64,000 nt of DNA from Eledone cirrhosa (taxonomy: Eukaryota). Below, piece by piece: positions 61,270 to 64,000 of the stretch; the stretch's first letter is position 1, and each line of letters starts with the position of its first letter. The translations under genes and the position numbers were made by a program. The stretch lies in contig OZ024750.1 of assembly GCA_964016885.1 (NCBI GenBank), forward strand, positions 40,176,001 to 40,240,000, given 5' to 3'. The notes under the pieces were generated by a model. The model did not search any database. It had not been told where the DNA came from and was given only the letters and a program-made list of their open reading frames with translations.

Positions 61270-61540
61270 CTCACACTGGTGACTCAGCACCCATCTTCAC
61301 CCTCTCCACCCTCTCACTGGTGACTCAGCACCAATCTCCACCATCTCCCTCTCACTGGTGACTCAGCACCCATCTTCACCCTCTCCACCCTCTCACTGGT
61401 GGCTCAGCACCAATCTCCACCATCTCCACCCTCTCACTGGTGACTCAGCACCCATCTTCACCATCTCCACCCTCTCACTGGTGACTCAGCACCAATCTCC
61501 ACCATCTCCCCCTCGCTGGTGGCTCAGCACCCATCTCCTC
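61270..61540 (+). repeat. 38-41 bp minisatellite x7 carrying ARE/MARE (AP-1) sites
   Basis: TGACTCAGCA at 61280, 61321, 61359, 61441 and 61482; TGGCTCAGCA at 61400 and 61520. Confidence 0.92.
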
Positions 61541-62151
61541 TTCCAGGCCTACAATTTATCTCATCTCGTCATATTTTCAATAACATTAACAGAATGTATT
61601 TTCAAGCGTTTGTCAAAACCAATCGAAACGTGGTTCCTTGTTCGACTCGCCAAGAACTTGTTATACACCACAGCACCTACCGAAATAATCACCCTACAAC
61701 ATTTCTCATACTAGATATGATGGCAATAAGTAGTTATAATGTATCTTGGTCGTATTTCTGCTTTTGTTAAACTCACTGGGCCTAAAGTGGAATGTTTTGT
61801 TTCTTTATCAGAGAAGATGGACTGAAATTATTTCCAGTTACTTCCCCTGGGTAGTAGACTGGAGATGTTAGTAACATCCTGCATGACTTAGCTAAAAACG
61901 GGATAAAAATACGGTTTGAGATGGTGTTGACCTGAAGTTGACTTTCTCTTCAATGTCACACTGTTCCAGATAACTAGAACTTCTTAATGTCAGAGTTGAG
62001 AGTGATACTAATGAGTTAATGATGCCATTCCCGTGTGCAAAAAAAATGTTCGCTTGCTAAAATATAAAACAAGCTAGTATTTTTGTTGAAGGGCAGAAAG
62101 TTAGTGAAACCTGTGAGGAGTTTAGCTGGTCGTAAGATGAACCGAGGAAAT

Positions 62152-62285
62152 AATTGTTTCTACTTTAGGCACAAGGCCAGCAATTACCCAGTGCATTACT
62201 GGTACTTTATTTTATCGACCCCGTAAGGATGAAAGGCAAAGTCAACCTCGGCGGGATTTGAAATCAGATTGTAAAGGGACGTAAT
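62152..62285 (-). mobile_element. Young tRNA-derived SINE, 5'-truncated
   Basis: Near-identical reverse complement of the 41728/49953 family. Also present at 49409-49511. Confidence 0.88.
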
Positions 62286-62522
62286 AATGTTTCGGTGCTG
62301 ATACTATCTGCCGGCTGCAATTCCTGACAAAGGGAGGTGTGATATGAACTCAGAACTGGACCAGGTGTCATTAATCATCTCATCTGATCTTTTACCAATT
62401 CCAGCGTCGTTGAGCGCTATTTTATTTATTGAAAAGTAAAGTTGATCTCGGAAAGATCGACTTTCCTCTTCCTCGAAAATCGTTGGCCTTGTGCTTAAAT
62501 CAGAAACTTATTGTTGAACTTA

Positions 62523-62677
62523 GGGCGGTGGATTGGCAGTATCGGTAGAGGGTGGGACGCCATGCTTTACAGCATAGAGTTACGGCCCTTTACGATCTGA
62601 GTTCAAATCCCGCCGGGGTTAACTTTGCTTTTCATCCTTACGGGGTCGATAAAATAAAGTACCAGTAATGCACTAGG
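62523..62677 (+). mobile_element. tRNA-derived SINE
   Basis: gggcggtggattggcagtatcgg...gagttcaaatccc...ggggtcgataaaataaagtaccag. Confidence 0.88.
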
Positions 62678-63342
62678 TTAAATGACTGATAAGTTTTAAA
62701 ATGTGGTGAAAATGTCGTCAATAGCAGAACTTCATTGTTTGGTTTCTTGTTTAGTATTTTTTTATGTCGTTCGACGAGAGAAATATTTATACTTGAATTA
62801 ATTTCTCTCTGGAAAGTTTTGCTGGGGGTATATTTTCATTGTTTCTACTTATCATATACAGTTTTTTATGTTGATAATCTATGACTCCGAAATACCATAG
62901 CAGTTAAGGCAACATCAGTTGATACATAGACAAGGGAATAAAACAGATGCCATATAGTAATACTATTAGTATAGTTAGTACATCAATATACACTCTTGAC
63001 AGGTGCAATGCGTCCAAACTCGGAAGAGCCGAACTCCCACTGTCATCGCCCCCATCTCTCTCGCCCTCCCCATCTCTCTGTATAGTCAGCAAATGGGGTC
63101 TTACGTGCTGGCCGCCTCACAATCCCGGCGGACAGAATGGAGAAGGTGTTTCCCTGGAATGTAAAACCCTGAAAAAACATTACATTTTGTTTTGTTTGTC
63201 ATCATTTACCCTTTATATATCTCTACCACTTTGTACTGACTTTCTGAAATATTTATTTCCAAAAAATATTTCTAAAAAACTAGGAACTCCATCGAAGAAG
63301 GCGATAATAAATAGTGAGGTACTCAATACCAAAACAAGTAGA

Positions 63343-63536
63343 CACCTGTCAACTCTCACCGTCGGATGGGGAGATCTCTCACCCACCCCAAAGTGCGTGG
63401 GAGATCTCTTGTGAAAACAGGTATAGCTTTCGTTATGTAAAATCTCCCCATTTTGCTTTATTTCTCCCCGTTTCGGGGAACTTTTTTTTTTATTTGTGGT
63501 ACTCTCCGTTTGGGTTTTTAAAGGTTGGCAGGTCTG
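63343..63536. mobile_element. hAT-type MITE
   Basis: cacctgtcaac / gttggcaggtctg with TSD-like caagtaga/caagtata. Homologous to 49861-50237. Confidence 0.8.
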
Positions 63537-63876
63537 CAAGTATAAGGGTTTCTAAAATAAGTGCTAAAACATTCGATGAAAACTGTGTTGTAATTGTGAG
63601 AAGACGCCCCCCCCCCCTCCGTCATGTTTGGGAGGAAGTTGAACAGAGCTGTATGTTACCAGTATTCTTTATAGATCTTATCTTTTGCCCTTTATATATT
63701 TCTATGGCATTGCACCCAGCTTTTTGAAACTTATCAGTCTTCTAAACTTAAAATTTACATCAAATATTAATTGTAGGACTTCGTAAGAAATTTCGGTTTA
63801 TTCTATATTGCAAATCTTGCTTAATCTTACTGATTAAAATATCTTAAAGAACTAATTTTAAATGTTATATAACTCA

Positions 63877-64000
63877 GGGCGGTGGATTGGCAGTATCGGG
63901 AGAGGGTCGGACGCCATGCTTTCCAGCATAGTTACGTCCCTTTACAATCTGAGTTCAAATCCCGCCGAGGTTGACTTTGCCTTTCATCCTTACGGGGTCG
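63877..64000 (+). mobile_element. tRNA-derived SINE, cut by the window end
   Basis: Same head and body as 49953 and 62523. Confidence 0.88.

Overview
Eukaryotic, AT-rich, microsatellite- and SINE-dense DNA. The repeat families and the innexin point to a coleoid cephalopod, probably an octopod (inference). There is one clear host gene, a minus-strand innexin: coding exon 21953-23117, ~2.2 kb 3' UTR, and a probable first exon ending at 46725, so the ATG is split AT|G by a ~23.6 kb intron. The first 13 kb is a nest of Penelope-like elements (PLEs) inserted in (TA)n. It holds a 5'-truncated RT+GIY-YIG element with an inverted pseudo-LTR, three complete minimal type I hammerhead ribozymes with palindromic stem III (3670-3735 +, 11596-11640 -, 12789-12899 +), and a perfect palindrome (9887-10002) that looks like a fourth hammerhead folded back on its own stem II. 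The rest is tRNA-derived SINEs, RTE/Tx1/mariner relics, hAT/piggyBac-type MITEs and large tandem arrays (17, 22, 25, 30, 58 and 134 bp units), including a minisatellite of perfect ARE/MARE sites. Almost all other ORFs in the track are microsatellite artefacts. All calls were made by eye; no searches or folding programs were run.
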